64,000 nt of DNA from contig OY776562.1 in the NCBI GenBank assembly GCA_963675785.1, positions 416,001-480,000 on the forward strand, read 5' to 3'. Position 1 is the first letter of the stretch. Every line of letters starts with the position of its first letter. The translations under genes and the position numbers were made by a program. A model generated the notes under the pieces. It had not been told where the DNA came from and ran no database searches. It was given only the letters and a program-made list of their open reading frames with translations. Below, in pieces: positions 39,936 to 50,167 of this stretch. The stretch is from Anaerolineae bacterium. GTDB taxonomy: Bacteria; Chloroflexota; Anaerolineae; UBA1429.

Positions 39936-42821
39936 ATGTTTAAAAAATTCCTAAAAAGTGTTTTCGGCGATTCCAGTCAGCGCGAAATCAAGAGGTTTCA
40001 GCCGATTGTAGATCAGATCAACGCGCTTGAGCCTGAGATGCAAGCCATGCCCGAAAATGGGTTTGTGGCGTTGACGCAAGAGTTCCGAGCAAATTTGTTG
40101 GCGACCAGTGATAAAGTCGCTCAGGAGATTCGGGAATTGCGTGAGGCGATTGATCTAGAGCCCGATGACGATGAACGTCGGGTGCTGCGCCGACAGCTGG
40201 AACAGGCCATGCATGATCGCGATCGACGCGAGCGCGAAGTGCTGGATGACATTCTGCCCCGTGCCTTTGCCGCCGTTCGCGAAGCGGCTGTACGTTCTAT
40301 AGGTCAGCGAGCGTTTGATACCCAGCTGATTGGTGGAATTGTTCTGCATGAGGGACGCATCGCTGAAATGAAGACGGGCGAAGGTAAAACACTTACTGCT
40401 ACCTTTCCCCTCTATCTGAATGCTCTAACTAGTCGTGGCGTGCACCTGATTACGCCCAACGATTACCTCTCTAAATATGGCGTACAGTGGATGGGCCCGG
40501 TGTACCACATGCTCGGCCTTTCTGTGGCAGTTATTCAATCTATGGGAGAAGACCCCTCCATGGGCTCTTTTCTCTTTGATCCAGACTATATCGCTGCAGA
40601 TGATCGCTACCATCACCTGCGCCCTGTACCACGTGCCGATGCCTACAAGGCAGATATCCTTTACGGCACGAATAACGAATTTGGCTTTGACTATCTGCGT
40701 GACAACATGGTTCAAGACCTCTCTCGTTGTGTACAGCGCGAGCTCTACTTTGCCATTGTGGACGAGGTAGACAACATCCTCATTGATGAGGCGAGAACCC
40801 CCCTCATCATCTCAGGTCCCGCCGAAGAGTCCGCCTCCGAGTACAAGCGTTTTGCTGGCATCGCCCATTCCCTCAAGTCTGGGGTCGATTATGAAGTAGA
40901 CGAAAAGCAGCGGTCTGTTACCATCAACGATGAGGGCATTACCAAAGTCGAAAGAACACTAAATATCGATAACCTTTATTCTCCCGATCATGCAGAGTTG
41001 ACACCTTATCTGGAGAATGCGCTCAAAGCCAAGGCGCTGTTTCAGCGCGACCGCAACTATATCGTACAGAATGGCCAAGTCATCATTGTAGACGAGTTCA
41101 CTGGCCGTTTGATGCACGGCAGGCGCTACAGCGAGGGTTTGCATCAGGCTATCGAAGCCAAAGAGAATGTTCAGGTACAGCGTGAGAGTCTGACGCTGGC
41201 CAATATCACCTTCCAGAACTATTTCCGCATGTATCGGCGCCTGGCGGGTATGACAGGTACTGCCGCTACCGAGGCCGAAGAGTTTGGCAAGATTTATAAC
41301 CTGGATGTGGCGGTAATTCCCACGCATCGTCCCCTTATTCGTGCTGACATGTCGGACGTTGTTTACAAGACAACTGAAGCCAAGTTTGAGGCTGTTCTCA
41401 ACGAGATTGCCGAGCGAAACGCTGCACAGCAGCCTGTACTGGTTGGAACCTTGGCTATCGAAACCTCTGAAATGATTTCGCGTCGGCTCAAGCGCATGGG
41501 CATCAAACATGAAGTGCTCAATGCCAAGCAGCACGAGCGAGAGGCTCAGATCATTGCCCAGGCTGGGCGACCCGGCGCTGTAACGATCGCCACCAATATG
41601 GCCGGTCGAGGTGTTGACATTCTTTTGGGCGGTAACCCCGAGGGCTCAGCCAGAGAGGAACTCCGCCGCAAGGGCTATGAACTTGAGGACGTTCCCGAGG
41701 ATATCTGGAACGAGGTGTTGGACGAAGCGACAAAGGCTTGCGTTGCCGATAGAGAAATTGTGTTGCAGGCAGGCGGCTTGCATGTCTTGGGCACCGAACG
41801 GTATGAAGCGCGGCGTATCGATAATCAGCTTCGTGGTCGTGCTGGTCGTCAGGGTGATCCCGGCTCTTCTCGCTTTTTCGTATCGCTTGAGGATGATTTG
41901 CTGCGGCTCTTTGGCGGAGAACGCATCCAGAACTTGATGAACGGCCTGGGTGTCGATGATGACGTCCCTATCGAAAACAGTATGGTCAGTCGCGCCCTAG
42001 AGAATGCCCAGCTTCGCGTTGAGGGGCGTAACTTTGACGTTCGTAAGCACCTGCTCGAATACGACGATGTAACCAACCAACAACGCCAGGTCATTTATGA
42101 TCAGCGACGGCTCATTCTGACAGAATCTAACCTCAGGCCCATCATCGAGGACATTTTGGAGGATGTATTAGCCGGAATGGTCGAGCAGGCTACCAAAGCG
42201 GATGAGCCTGAAGACTGGGATCTGCAAACCCTACATGCAGAGGTTGACCGTATGATCCATTTGCCGGTCTCTCACTCGGTGGCATCATGGGAGGGTCTAT
42301 CGCCTGACGAGATGGCCGAGCAGATCATAGCTTTGGCCGCAAAAACATATGATCAGCGCGAAGAAGAGATGAGCGCTGAAGTGATGCGCCGTATCGAGCG
42401 CTTGATCATGCTCAGTGTTATTGACCGACGTTGGGTGCGGCATCTCACGAGTCTGGATGAGCTTCGTGAGGGAATCGGTTTGCGTGCCATCGGTCAGCGC
42501 GATCCCCTGGTTGAATACAAACGCGAAGCCTTTGGCCTCTTTGATCAGCTCTTGAGTGCCATCCAAACGGATATTGCCCGTTTCATTCTCAATGCGCGGC
42601 TTCAAGAGCGTGTCAAGACGCCCATGTCACACGCGATGCATTATTCTGGGGCAACCGGTGGGGCGGCGGGTAGCACGGCACAGCCTCGCCGCACCTCATC
42701 CGATGTGGGGCGTAACGATCCGTGCCCCTGCGGTAGCGGCAAAAAATACAAACATTGCTGCCTAAAAGAAGGACTTTCTCCGGAGGAAGCTGCGGCCAAA
42801 AGCCGTGCCAAGCGTACCTAG
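39936..42821 (+). CDS. secA: Preprotein translocase subunit SecA
   Basis: MKTGEGKT, DEVDNILIDEARTP, ATNMAGRG, SEC-C GRNDPCPCGSGKKYKHC. Confidence 0.98.
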   Translation: MFKKFLKSVFGDSSQREIKRFQPIVDQINALEPEMQAMPENGFVALTQEFRANLLATSDKVAQEIRELREAIDLEPDDDERRVLRRQLEQAMHDRDRREREVLDDILPRAFAAVREAAVRSIGQRAFDTQLIGGIVLHEGRIAEMKTGEGKTLTATFPLYLNALTSRGVHLITPNDYLSKYGVQWMGPVYHMLGLSVAVIQSMGEDPSMGSFLFDPDYIAADDRYHHLRPVPRADAYKADILYGTNNEFGFDYLRDNMVQDLSRCVQRELYFAIVDEVDNILIDEARTPLIISGPAEESASEYKRFAGIAHSLKSGVDYEVDEKQRSVTINDEGITKVERTLNIDNLYSPDHAELTPYLENALKAKALFQRDRNYIVQNGQVIIVDEFTGRLMHGRRYSEGLHQAIEAKENVQVQRESLTLANITFQNYFRMYRRLAGMTGTAATEAEEFGKIYNLDVAVIPTHRPLIRADMSDVVYKTTEAKFEAVLNEIAERNAAQQPVLVGTLAIETSEMISRRLKRMGIKHEVLNAKQHEREAQIIAQAGRPGAVTIATNMAGRGVDILLGGNPEGSAREELRRKGYELEDVPEDIWNEVLDEATKACVADREIVLQAGGLHVLGTERYEARRIDNQLRGRAGRQGDPGSSRFFVSLEDDLLRLFGGERIQNLMNGLGVDDDVPIENSMVSRALENAQLRVEGRNFDVRKHLLEYDDVTNQQRQVIYDQRRLILTESNLRPIIEDILEDVLAGMVEQATKADEPEDWDLQTLHAEVDRMIHLPVSHSVASWEGLSPDEMAEQIIALAAKTYDQREEEMSAEVMRRIERLIMLSVIDRRWVRHLTSLDELREGIGLRAIGQRDPLVEYKREAFGLFDQLLSAIQTDIARFILNARLQERVKTPMSHAMHYSGATGGAAGSTAQPRRTSSDVGRNDPCPCGSGKKYKHCCLKEGLSPEEAAAKSRAKRT

Positions 42822-42840
42822 CTATGAGCTAACAGGGATG

Positions 42841-42876
42841 AAAAAAGGGGGAGAGACAAGCGTCTCTCCCCCTTTT
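42841..42876. terminator. Bidirectional intrinsic terminator
   Basis: AAAAGGGGGAGAGAC-AAGC-GTCTCTCCCCCTTTT. Confidence 0.88.
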
Positions 42877-42877
42877 G

Positions 42878-43120
42878 CTATTCGCTTTCAGTGGGATAAG
42901 GAACGGGCGTCATGGTGTTCCCTTCCATAGGCAACGGATACGATTCGGTTGCCTCTAAAATGGGAGTAGCTGACGCTTCAAGGGTTGCAATTTCTGTTGG
43001 GGCGAGCGCTGTTGACGTTGCGGTGGGTGCAGCAGTAGGGTCTGCGTTCCCTTTGCAGCCAGCAAGCATGGACAGGCTCAATATTGCCAGTATCAGCAAA
43101 AGGGCAATAGCTTTTTTCAT
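42878..43120 (-). CDS. Small Pro/Thr-rich lipoprotein
   Basis: MKK, hydrophobic core, LAGC lipobox; PT-rich linker; SYP/PYP tail. Confidence 0.7.
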   Translation of the reverse strand: MKKAIALLLILAILSLSMLAGCKGNADPTAAPTATSTALAPTEIATLEASATPILEATESYPLPMEGNTMTPVPYPTESE

Positions 43121-43201
43121 TTGATGACCTTGTGCCATGTGTTTTCTTCCTCATTTCATCACATTACGTGGCGAGTATATCACAGGCAACTGCTCCAGAC
43201 A

Positions 43202-43240
43202 AGAAAAAGAGGCTTGTTCATAAAAGTGAACAAGCCTCTC
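43202..43240 (-). terminator. Terminator of the decarboxylase operon
   Basis: AGAGGCTTGTTCA...TGAACAAGCCTCT stem with a T run on the minus strand. Confidence 0.8.
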
Positions 43241-43255
43241 CAGAGTGCGAGAAAA

Positions 43256-44368
43256 CTAGCCAAGCAGTGCTAGCACTGCGCCACCGGCCATAACCGAGGC
43301 GATCTGGCCAGCCGTGTTTGATGCCATAGCATGCATGAGCAAAAAGTTGGTGTAATCTTCTTCCTGTCCCAGCTTTTGTACAACGCGGGCCGACATTGGG
43401 AAGGCCGAGATACCGCAACCACCCAGCAGCGGGTTGATTTTGCCGCCGGATAGAACGTTCATCAGCTTGCCAAAGAGCACGCCAGCAGCCGTATCGATGA
43501 CAAAGGCTACCAGGCCGAGACCGATGATCATCAGTGTATCCGCTGTAAGGAATTGGTCGGCAACCATGGTGGAGCCAATGGTGATGCCCAGGAAGGTGGT
43601 AACGATGTTGGAAATCTCATTCTGAGCGGCATAGCTGATGCGCTCGATAACGCCTGATTCGCGAGCCAGGTTGCCGAACATCAAGAAACCAATCAGTGCC
43701 GTTGCCTCTGGGGCGATTAACCCACATACAACCGTTACCACGATGGGGAAGAGGACACGTGTGGTGTGCGAGATGGGCTTGCTGGTGTATGGCATCTTGA
43801 TCATGCGCTCGTGTTTGGTGGTAAGGCCCTTCATTACAGGGCGCTGGATGATGGGCACCAACGACATGTACGAATAGGCGGCTACAGTGATGGGGCCCAG
43901 CAATTGCGGCGCCAACACGGCTGAAACAAAGATTGATGTCGGGCCGTCGGCAGCGCCGATAATGCCAATGGAAGCGGCTTCGTTGATACTAAAGCCTAGA
44001 GCCATGGCCACCAAAAGCGTGCCAAAGATGCCAAACTGCGCAGCTGCGCCAAAGAGCATATAACGCGGATTCTCCAGCAGCGGGCCAAAGTCTGTCATGG
44101 CACCGATGCCGATAAAGACCAACGCCGGGAAGAGTTCGGTCTCGATGCCGGCGTTATAAAGCGCCGTCATGATACCGCCATCATCAAAGGCCAGGTGTGC
44201 ACCGGGCAGGTTGGCAAAAATACAACCGAGGCCGATGGGCAAAAGCAACAAGGGTTCGTATTCGTAACGGATGGCTAGCCAGATCAGCACACCACCCACC
44301 AGCATCATCACGGCTTGCTGCCAGGTTAGCTGAGCTGCGCCAGCAAATAAGGTCTGCAGAATATCCAT
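43256..44368 (-). CDS. oadB: Na+-translocating decarboxylase beta subunit (OadB/MmdB)
   Basis: EPLLLLPIG, GAMTDFGPL, IGAADGPT, AAYSYM, SAFPMSAR. Confidence 0.95.
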   Translation of the reverse strand: MDILQTLFAGAAQLTWQQAVMMLVGGVLIWLAIRYEYEPLLLLPIGLGCIFANLPGAHLAFDDGGIMTALYNAGIETELFPALVFIGIGAMTDFGPLLENPRYMLFGAAAQFGIFGTLLVAMALGFSINEAASIGIIGAADGPTSIFVSAVLAPQLLGPITVAAYSYMSLVPIIQRPVMKGLTTKHERMIKMPYTSKPISHTTRVLFPIVVTVVCGLIAPEATALIGFLMFGNLARESGVIERISYAAQNEISNIVTTFLGITIGSTMVADQFLTADTLMIIGLGLVAFVIDTAAGVLFGKLMNVLSGGKINPLLGGCGISAFPMSARVVQKLGQEEDYTNFLLMHAMASNTAGQIASVMAGGAVLALLG

Positions 44369-44381
44369 TTTTCAGGTGCTC

Positions 44382-44828
44382 CTAACCGATGGTGACGAGA
44401 GCGTCATCAAAGGCAACATTGTTGCCCACACTGATCATGACGCCAGTAATTTTGCCAGACACGGTCGCGGCGATAGGCATTTCCATTTTCATGGCCTCAA
44501 TAGTGGCCACGGTTTGACCTTCGGCGACTGTATCTCCTACAGCAACACGAACTGCAAGAACCTTGCCGGGCATGGGGGCTTTGACGACACTGCCTACGCC
44601 TGGGGCAGTTGCTACTGGAGCGGGAGCCGGTGCTGCCTCGACGGGTGCCGCAGGGGCTGCTACCGGTGCAACTGCAGCAGCCACAGGAGCGGGGGCTGCG
44701 GTGGCCTCAGCCCAGGAAACCACCTTCTTCTGACCGTCTACAACGACCTCAACGGGCGAGCTGGAGACATCGCCAACCTGGACGCTGTAAGTCTTGCCAT
44801 TAACTGTAATTTGAAGATTCTTTGCCAT
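44382..44828 (-). CDS. Biotin carboxyl carrier protein (MmdC / 1.3S-like)
   Basis: Ala/Pro linker and EAMKM biotinylation motif. Confidence 0.95.
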   Translation of the reverse strand: MAKNLQITVNGKTYSVQVGDVSSSPVEVVVDGQKKVVSWAEATAAPAPVAAAVAPVAAPAAPVEAAPAPAPVATAPGVGSVVKAPMPGKVLAVRVAVGDTVAEGQTVATIEAMKMEMPIAATVSGKITGVMISVGNNVAFDDALVTIG

Positions 44829-44843
44829 GAGTCCAGTCCTCCG

Positions 44844-45221
44844 TTACAGAGTAGCGTTGAGTCGTCCCTGTTTGCCCCAATTGTCGGGTCCAGGGTTAAT
44901 CATTGCAACCGTTACCACCTCGCCCTGAATTTCTTCATAGTCTGTATCAGCCAGTGATGCGGCTGGTTTCAGGGTTGTGGGGGCAGTGCTCATCGAAGCG
45001 ACAAGGGCGACGGCTAGCGCTGCCACTATGTCACTGTCATCAGCTAGAACAGCAGGAGCCGGCATCGGGATGCTTGTGGCTTCCTCTTCCTCTTCTTTAT
45101 AGGGAAAGATCTTGCCCAAGAGGTAGATACAGCCCATCACAATAATGAGTGCACCAAAGACGATACCCATACCCCAGGCCGTGACTTCGAGCCCTCCTGC
45201 AAATGTATCAGGAATGTTCAT
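44844..45221 (-). CDS. OadG/MmdD-family membrane anchor subunit
   Basis: GMGIVF TM helix, 'IVAALAVAL' segment, C-terminal W...GR. Confidence 0.85.
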   Translation of the reverse strand: MNIPDTFAGGLEVTAWGMGIVFGALIIVMGCIYLLGKIFPYKEEEEEATSIPMPAPAVLADDSDIVAALAVALVASMSTAPTTLKPAASLADTDYEEIQGEVVTVAMINPGPDNWGKQGRLNATL

Positions 45222-45338
45222 TTCTTCTCACCTCTGCTTGTTCCGCGTCTTGCCCAATGCTCGACGCGGCAAGTTGTCACGCCATTTCAGCACACGACCG
45301 CCTGACAAAGACGGGAGTCAGGCGGTCGATTTGTGTTT

Positions 45339-46850
45339 CTAGCGACGTCCCGTCATACGGCCGGAGAGCTTCCACAGGGAATAGTTCTCTTCGACTCTTG
45401 CGGGGCGTGGCGGCCGTGGCGCATTGGCCGTTTTTGCGGCCTCGCCTTTGGCAGCAGTTGCAGCCTGTTCCACAGGGAACACGCGTGGTTCCTGGATCGG
45501 CTTGATCAAGCCTGCCTTGCGAAGTTCAAAGAACTCGCGAGCCTGGGCGGGGAAGGCGGCATAGCTGAGCACGTCTTCTTCGCTTTCGGCCAGGTCACCG
45601 ATTTCCCTCTTGGCCTTCTCAAAACCAGGTTCGAGCAGGTCAGCAGGGCGACAGGTGATTGGCTCTTCGTCACCGATGGCCAATTTCTGAACATCGGGGT
45701 TGAGCGCTGCAGGCGGACGGCCATACAAACCACGACAATAGTCTTTGACTTCTTGCGTGATCATCTTGTAACGCTCGCCCATCATCACATTGAGCACGGC
45801 CTGCGTGCCAACCATCTGGCTGCTCGGGGTAACGAGTGGTGGGTAACCGAGGTCCTCGCGTACGCGGGGCACTTCGGCGAGCACGTCTTCCCAGCGATCC
45901 AGAGCATTCTGCTGACGAAGCTGGCTTACCAGGTTCGAAAGCATACCACCAGGGATCTGGTAGAGCAGCACACGAACGTCGGCGGTGGTCAAGCCGCTCT
46001 CGAACTTGGGCAGCTGATCTTGCCGAACTTCGGCAAAATAGGCCGCAATTTCGGAAAGGAGCACAAGATCCAGCCCTGTATCGCGTTCGGTGCCCTGGAA
46101 CGTCGCGACGATCGACTCGGTGGGGGGCTGTGCTGTGCCGCCAGCCATCGAGGAAATGGCCGTATCGACGATGTCAGCTCCTGCTTCGGCAGCCTTGGTC
46201 AGCGTGGCCACAGAAAAGCCCGAGGTATCGTGGGTATGGAACTCGACGGGCAGGTTTGTCGCCTCCTTGATGCGCTTGACAAGCTCATAGGCATCGTAGG
46301 GGCGGCAGAGGCCGGCCATGTCTTTGATGGCGATCGAGTCGGCCCCCATGGTCTTTAGTTCCTGGGCCATGGTAACAAAAGTATCGTTATTGTGCACGGG
46401 GCTGGTGGTGTAACAAATGGCAGCCTGAACGTGCTTTCCATACTTTTTCACGCTCTGTATAGCGAACGACATGTTGCGGGTGTCGTTAAGCGCGTCAAAG
46501 ATGCGGAAAATATCGATACCGTTCTTGGCCGAGTGCTCGACAAACTTTTCGACAATATCATCAGGATAATGTCGATAGCCGAGAATATTCTGGCCGCGGA
46601 ACAACATCATAAACTGGGTATTGGGGATAGCCTCTCTAAGCACGCGAACGCGCTCCCAGGGGTTTTCCTTGAGAAAGCGCATCGCCGAATCAAAGGTCGC
46701 GCCTCCCCACATCTCCAGCGCATAGTATCCGACCTTGTCCAATTTGGGCGCGATCGGCAACATGGCACCTGTCGACATACGCGTCGCCAGGAGCGACTGG
46801 TGCGCATCTCGTAGAATAGTATCCGTTATCTTTAAAGGGTTTGAAGCCAT
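45339..46850 (-). CDS. Oxaloacetate/pyruvate carboxyltransferase (OadA-N / transcarboxylase 5S-like, no biotin domain)
   Basis: LRDAHQSL, WGGATFD, IKDMAG, HTH, PGGM.SN, PPLVTPSSQ. Confidence 0.93.
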   Translation of the reverse strand: MASNPLKITDTILRDAHQSLLATRMSTGAMLPIAPKLDKVGYYALEMWGGATFDSAMRFLKENPWERVRVLREAIPNTQFMMLFRGQNILGYRHYPDDIVEKFVEHSAKNGIDIFRIFDALNDTRNMSFAIQSVKKYGKHVQAAICYTTSPVHNNDTFVTMAQELKTMGADSIAIKDMAGLCRPYDAYELVKRIKEATNLPVEFHTHDTSGFSVATLTKAAEAGADIVDTAISSMAGGTAQPPTESIVATFQGTERDTGLDLVLLSEIAAYFAEVRQDQLPKFESGLTTADVRVLLYQIPGGMLSNLVSQLRQQNALDRWEDVLAEVPRVREDLGYPPLVTPSSQMVGTQAVLNVMMGERYKMITQEVKDYCRGLYGRPPAALNPDVQKLAIGDEEPITCRPADLLEPGFEKAKREIGDLAESEEDVLSYAAFPAQAREFFELRKAGLIKPIQEPRVFPVEQAATAAKGEAAKTANAPRPPRPARVEENYSLWKLSGRMTGRR

Positions 46851-46910
46851 TGTGTCCTCAATTCTTGTACTAGGCTGGCAGTATTCTTGCCAACTAAGAA
46901 CGCTAACGGC

Positions 46911-48461
46911 TTATAGCGGCATGGTCCCGTGCTTCTTGGGCTGACGGGCTTCACGCTTGTTCTGGATCATTTGCAGCGTGTTGATCAGCACTGCACGAGT
47001 TTGGCTGGGCTCGATGACATCATCGATATAGCCATAGGATGCTGCCACATAAGGGTTAGCAAACTTTTCGCGGTATTCGGCAAATGCCTTGGCGCGGAGT
47101 GCGTCTGCATCGGCAGCACTCGCCAGGTCGCGCTTGTAGATGATATCTACTGCGCTTTCGGCGCCCATAACAGCGATCTCTGCTGATGGCCAGGCGATGT
47201 TAAAATCGGCGCCCACATGCTTGGACCCCATGACGATATAAGCGCCGCCATAGGCTTTGCGGGTGATCACGGTCATCTTGGGAACGGTTGCCTCACAATA
47301 GGCATAAATCAACTTGGCGCCTTCGCGAATGATGCCATTGTGCTCCTGCTCGGCGCCCGGCATATAGCCCGGAACGTCCACAAAGGTCACAACGGGGATG
47401 TTGAAAGCGTCGCAGAAACGCACAAAGCGCGCGGCTTTGGTAGATGCATCGATATCCAACACGCCGCCCTTTTGGTTTGGCTGGTTGGCTACAACGCCCA
47501 CCACGGCGCCATCGAGTCGGGCAAAGCCGACGACGATGTTGCGTGCAAAGGCTTCTTGTACTTCCATAAAGCTGCCCTGATCCACGACAGCCTTGATGAC
47601 GGTCTTCATGCAGTAGGGCTCGTTCGAACTATTGGGGATAATGGTATCGAGAAGAGCTTCGGCGCGTGCTGCATCATCCTTGGGTTCGATGGCGGGGGCA
47701 TCTTCCAGGTTGTTGCCTGGCAGATAACCGACGAGCTGACGCACTGCATGGAGGCAGCTCACTTCGTCTTTGGCCACAAAACTGGCCACACCGCTCTTGG
47801 TGGCGTGAGCGTTTGCTCCGCCCAGTTCCTCATCGCTGATCTCTTCGCCAGTTACATTCTTGACGACCTGAGAGCCAGTGATGAACATCTTGGAGGTATC
47901 TTCGACCATAAAAACAAAGTCCGTGAGGGCAGGCGAGTAAACCGCGCCGCCGGCGCACGGGCCGAGGATTACCGAGATTTGCGGTACGATACCACTGGCC
48001 AACGTGTTGGCCATAAAGATATCGCCATAACCGCCCAAAGCCAGGATGCCTTCCTGAATGCGGGCGCCGCCCGAATCATTCAGCCCGATGATCGGAGCAC
48101 CATTCTTGATAGCCAGATCCTGAACCTTGCGAATTTTGGCTGCGTGCTGCTTGCCCAGCGTTCCACCCATCACGGTGAAATCCTGCGCATACACGAACAC
48201 AAGCCGACCGGCGATGGTGCCATAGCCAGTGACTACGCCGTCGCCCGGCAAGTCCTTTGCATCCATACCAAAATCAGTGGCGTGGTGCGTTGCGAGTGCG
48301 TCAATTTCCTGGAAACTTGCTTCATCAAGAAGTATGTCCAGGCGTTCACGTGCTGTCATCTTGCCCTTGTCCTTTTGGCGCTTGATAGCCTCGATGTTGC
48401 CCCCTCGCTTAGCCGCCGTTTTGGCCTGGCGAAGTCTTTCGATTCTGCCGTCAGAAGCCAT
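46911..48461 (-). CDS. Acyl-CoA carboxyltransferase (MmdA/PccB / transcarboxylase 12S-like)
   Basis: DSGGARIQEG, GPCAGGAVY, DVPGYMPG, RKAYGGAY, KKHG..PL. Confidence 0.95.
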   Translation of the reverse strand: MASDGRIERLRQAKTAAKRGGNIEAIKRQKDKGKMTARERLDILLDEASFQEIDALATHHATDFGMDAKDLPGDGVVTGYGTIAGRLVFVYAQDFTVMGGTLGKQHAAKIRKVQDLAIKNGAPIIGLNDSGGARIQEGILALGGYGDIFMANTLASGIVPQISVILGPCAGGAVYSPALTDFVFMVEDTSKMFITGSQVVKNVTGEEISDEELGGANAHATKSGVASFVAKDEVSCLHAVRQLVGYLPGNNLEDAPAIEPKDDAARAEALLDTIIPNSSNEPYCMKTVIKAVVDQGSFMEVQEAFARNIVVGFARLDGAVVGVVANQPNQKGGVLDIDASTKAARFVRFCDAFNIPVVTFVDVPGYMPGAEQEHNGIIREGAKLIYAYCEATVPKMTVITRKAYGGAYIVMGSKHVGADFNIAWPSAEIAVMGAESAVDIIYKRDLASAADADALRAKAFAEYREKFANPYVAASYGYIDDVIEPSQTRAVLINTLQMIQNKREARQPKKHGTMPL

Positions 48462-48490
48462 TGTCCCTCCTTACAACAGAGAAAGCAGAT

Positions 48491-48937
48491 TTACTCTGCG
48501 TTCCACACTGTGAAATGCACGCCCGCTTCATCGAGCATGCCGATTGAGAATTCGTCCGGGTACGAGTTTGCGCAAATGACATTCTCGATTCCGGCATTGA
48601 TAATCATCTTGGCACAGGTAACACACGGCTGGTGGGTGCAATAGACGGTGCCACCATTGATAGAGACGCCGTGAAAGGCGGCCTGTATGATGGCGTTCTG
48701 TTCGGCGTGCAGCCCTCGGCAAACTTCTTGCCTCTGGCCAGAAGGTATGCCTAATTGCTCCCGCAAACACCCAACTTCCTGGCAGTGAGCCAGTCCGCTC
48801 GGCGCACCGTTATAGCCGGTAGCCAAGATGCGCTTATCCTTTATAATCACCGCACCCACATGACGTCGCAAACAAGTAGAACGCGATGCGACTTGGTGCG
48901 CGATTTCCATAAAATACTCGTCCCAGGTTGGTCTCAT
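48491..48937 (-). CDS. dCMP deaminase (ComEB family)
   Basis: [24 protein letters not shown]. Confidence 0.93.
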   Translation of the reverse strand: MRPTWDEYFMEIAHQVASRSTCLRRHVGAVIIKDKRILATGYNGAPSGLAHCQEVGCLREQLGIPSGQRQEVCRGLHAEQNAIIQAAFHGVSINGGTVYCTHQPCVTCAKMIINAGIENVICANSYPDEFSIGMLDEAGVHFTVWNAE

Positions 48938-49548
48938 CGTTTTAGAACATACTCCTTGAACGCTTGACCTGTTACGGGCATGGTCTCACAAAACATTTCC
49001 AAAATGGCATCCGCATACTGCTGATGTTCCCACTGGGCCGATTTGTGGTAACGCTTTTGCAGCCAGTTCATCAATGACCAGGCGTTCACCGTCCACACAA
49101 ACTCGGTGTATACGGCAGTGCCCAGCACGCCTCGGGCTATTTCGCGCCGCCATCCACTTTCGACCAGAGATTCATAAAGGTCGAATTGGCTTTCCATTTG
49201 GGCAATATAAGCGCTCGTGTCCAGCTCGGGGTCGTTCGGGATATAGTATTCCCGATCAGCGATGCAGTATCTCAGGCTTTTTTCGTTAAAGGTGCCGATG
49301 CGGTGTCGCATCCATTGGCGGGCTACAAACAGGGGACACTTGACGTCAAAGCGAAAGACCGCGTGTTCAAAAACGGTATTGTGCTTGGGTTCCGACTTCA
49401 TCAGACGCTGGATCAGCCTCTCGTCGGCCTCTCTTGATTTTGCAGTGGACTGGTAACAGATGCGGGCGCCGCGGATAACCGCGTCATCGCCGCCCATCTG
49501 ATCTTCCAGATTGACCCATCCCTTATCGAGAACATTGATGGTTTGCAC
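48934..49548 (-). CDS. thyX: FAD-dependent thymidylate synthase
   Basis: [26 protein letters not shown]; probable GTG start at 49548. Confidence 0.92.
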   Translation of the reverse strand: MQTINVLDKGWVNLEDQMGGDDAVIRGARICYQSTAKSREADERLIQRLMKSEPKHNTVFEHAVFRFDVKCPLFVARQWMRHRIGTFNEKSLRYCIADREYYIPNDPELDTSAYIAQMESQFDLYESLVESGWRREIARGVLGTAVYTEFVWTVNAWSLMNWLQKRYHKSAQWEHQQYADAILEMFCETMPVTGQAFKEYVLKR

Positions 49549-49649
49549 AGGAATCCTCACACGCATACAAGCCTGGCACAACACAGGGGCCACTTTTGGC
49601 CATTATTACTATTGTACCAGAAGACTCAAGTTTTGGCTATTGGGCATAG

Positions 49650-50156
49650 TTACTGATTAGCTTGTGCAAGACGCTCAAACTCGGGCTTGAGTTTGACATA
49701 TGTTTGCTGTAATCCCTCGCAGATGACCCGCGATTCGCAAAAAACCGACATGAAATTCGTATCGCCGATCCAACGGGGAACAATGTGCATATGGATGTGA
49801 TCTGCTATGCCAGCGCCAGCAGCCTGTCCCATATTCATACCCATATTAAAGCCATCGGGGCTCATGCAGGCTTCAATGGCCTGAACGCACAGGCTTGTGG
49901 CACTCATCATCTCTGCCTGCGCTTCAACGCTCAGATCGTTAATGCGGCTTACGTGCATATAGGGCGCAACCATGAGGTGTCCGTTGATATAGGGATACCG
50001 ATTCATGATCACATAAACATGCTCACCACGGTAGAGAACATTGTTCTCTTCGTCTCGTTCGGGTGAGAGGGCCGCATCGCACAGTACACAGCCCTTGGGT
50101 TTTTCGCTCTCTATGTATTCCATTCGCCAGGGCGACCATAATTGCCTCATGGACAT
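49650..50156 (-). CDS. HIT-family hydrolase (Ap4A phosphorylase-like)
   Basis: WSPWR, NRYPY..GH, AGAG...HIHMHIVPRW. Confidence 0.93.
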   Translation of the reverse strand: MSMRQLWSPWRMEYIESEKPKGCVLCDAALSPERDEENNVLYRGEHVYVIMNRYPYINGHLMVAPYMHVSRINDLSVEAQAEMMSATSLCVQAIEACMSPDGFNMGMNMGQAAGAGIADHIHMHIVPRWIGDTNFMSVFCESRVICEGLQQTYVKLKPEFERLAQANQ

Positions 50157-50167
50157 TCCTCCATCGC

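Noticed and set aside
40080-40260. Insertion in the SecA N-terminus as a possible intein
   Set aside because: Short coiled-coil insert with no intein motifs; similar inserts occur as lineage variation
47217-48644. 475-aa plus-strand ORF (also 45333-46358, 60518-61474, 13253-13918)
   Set aside because: Antisense shadows of well-conserved genes with biased codon usage; no recognisable motifs
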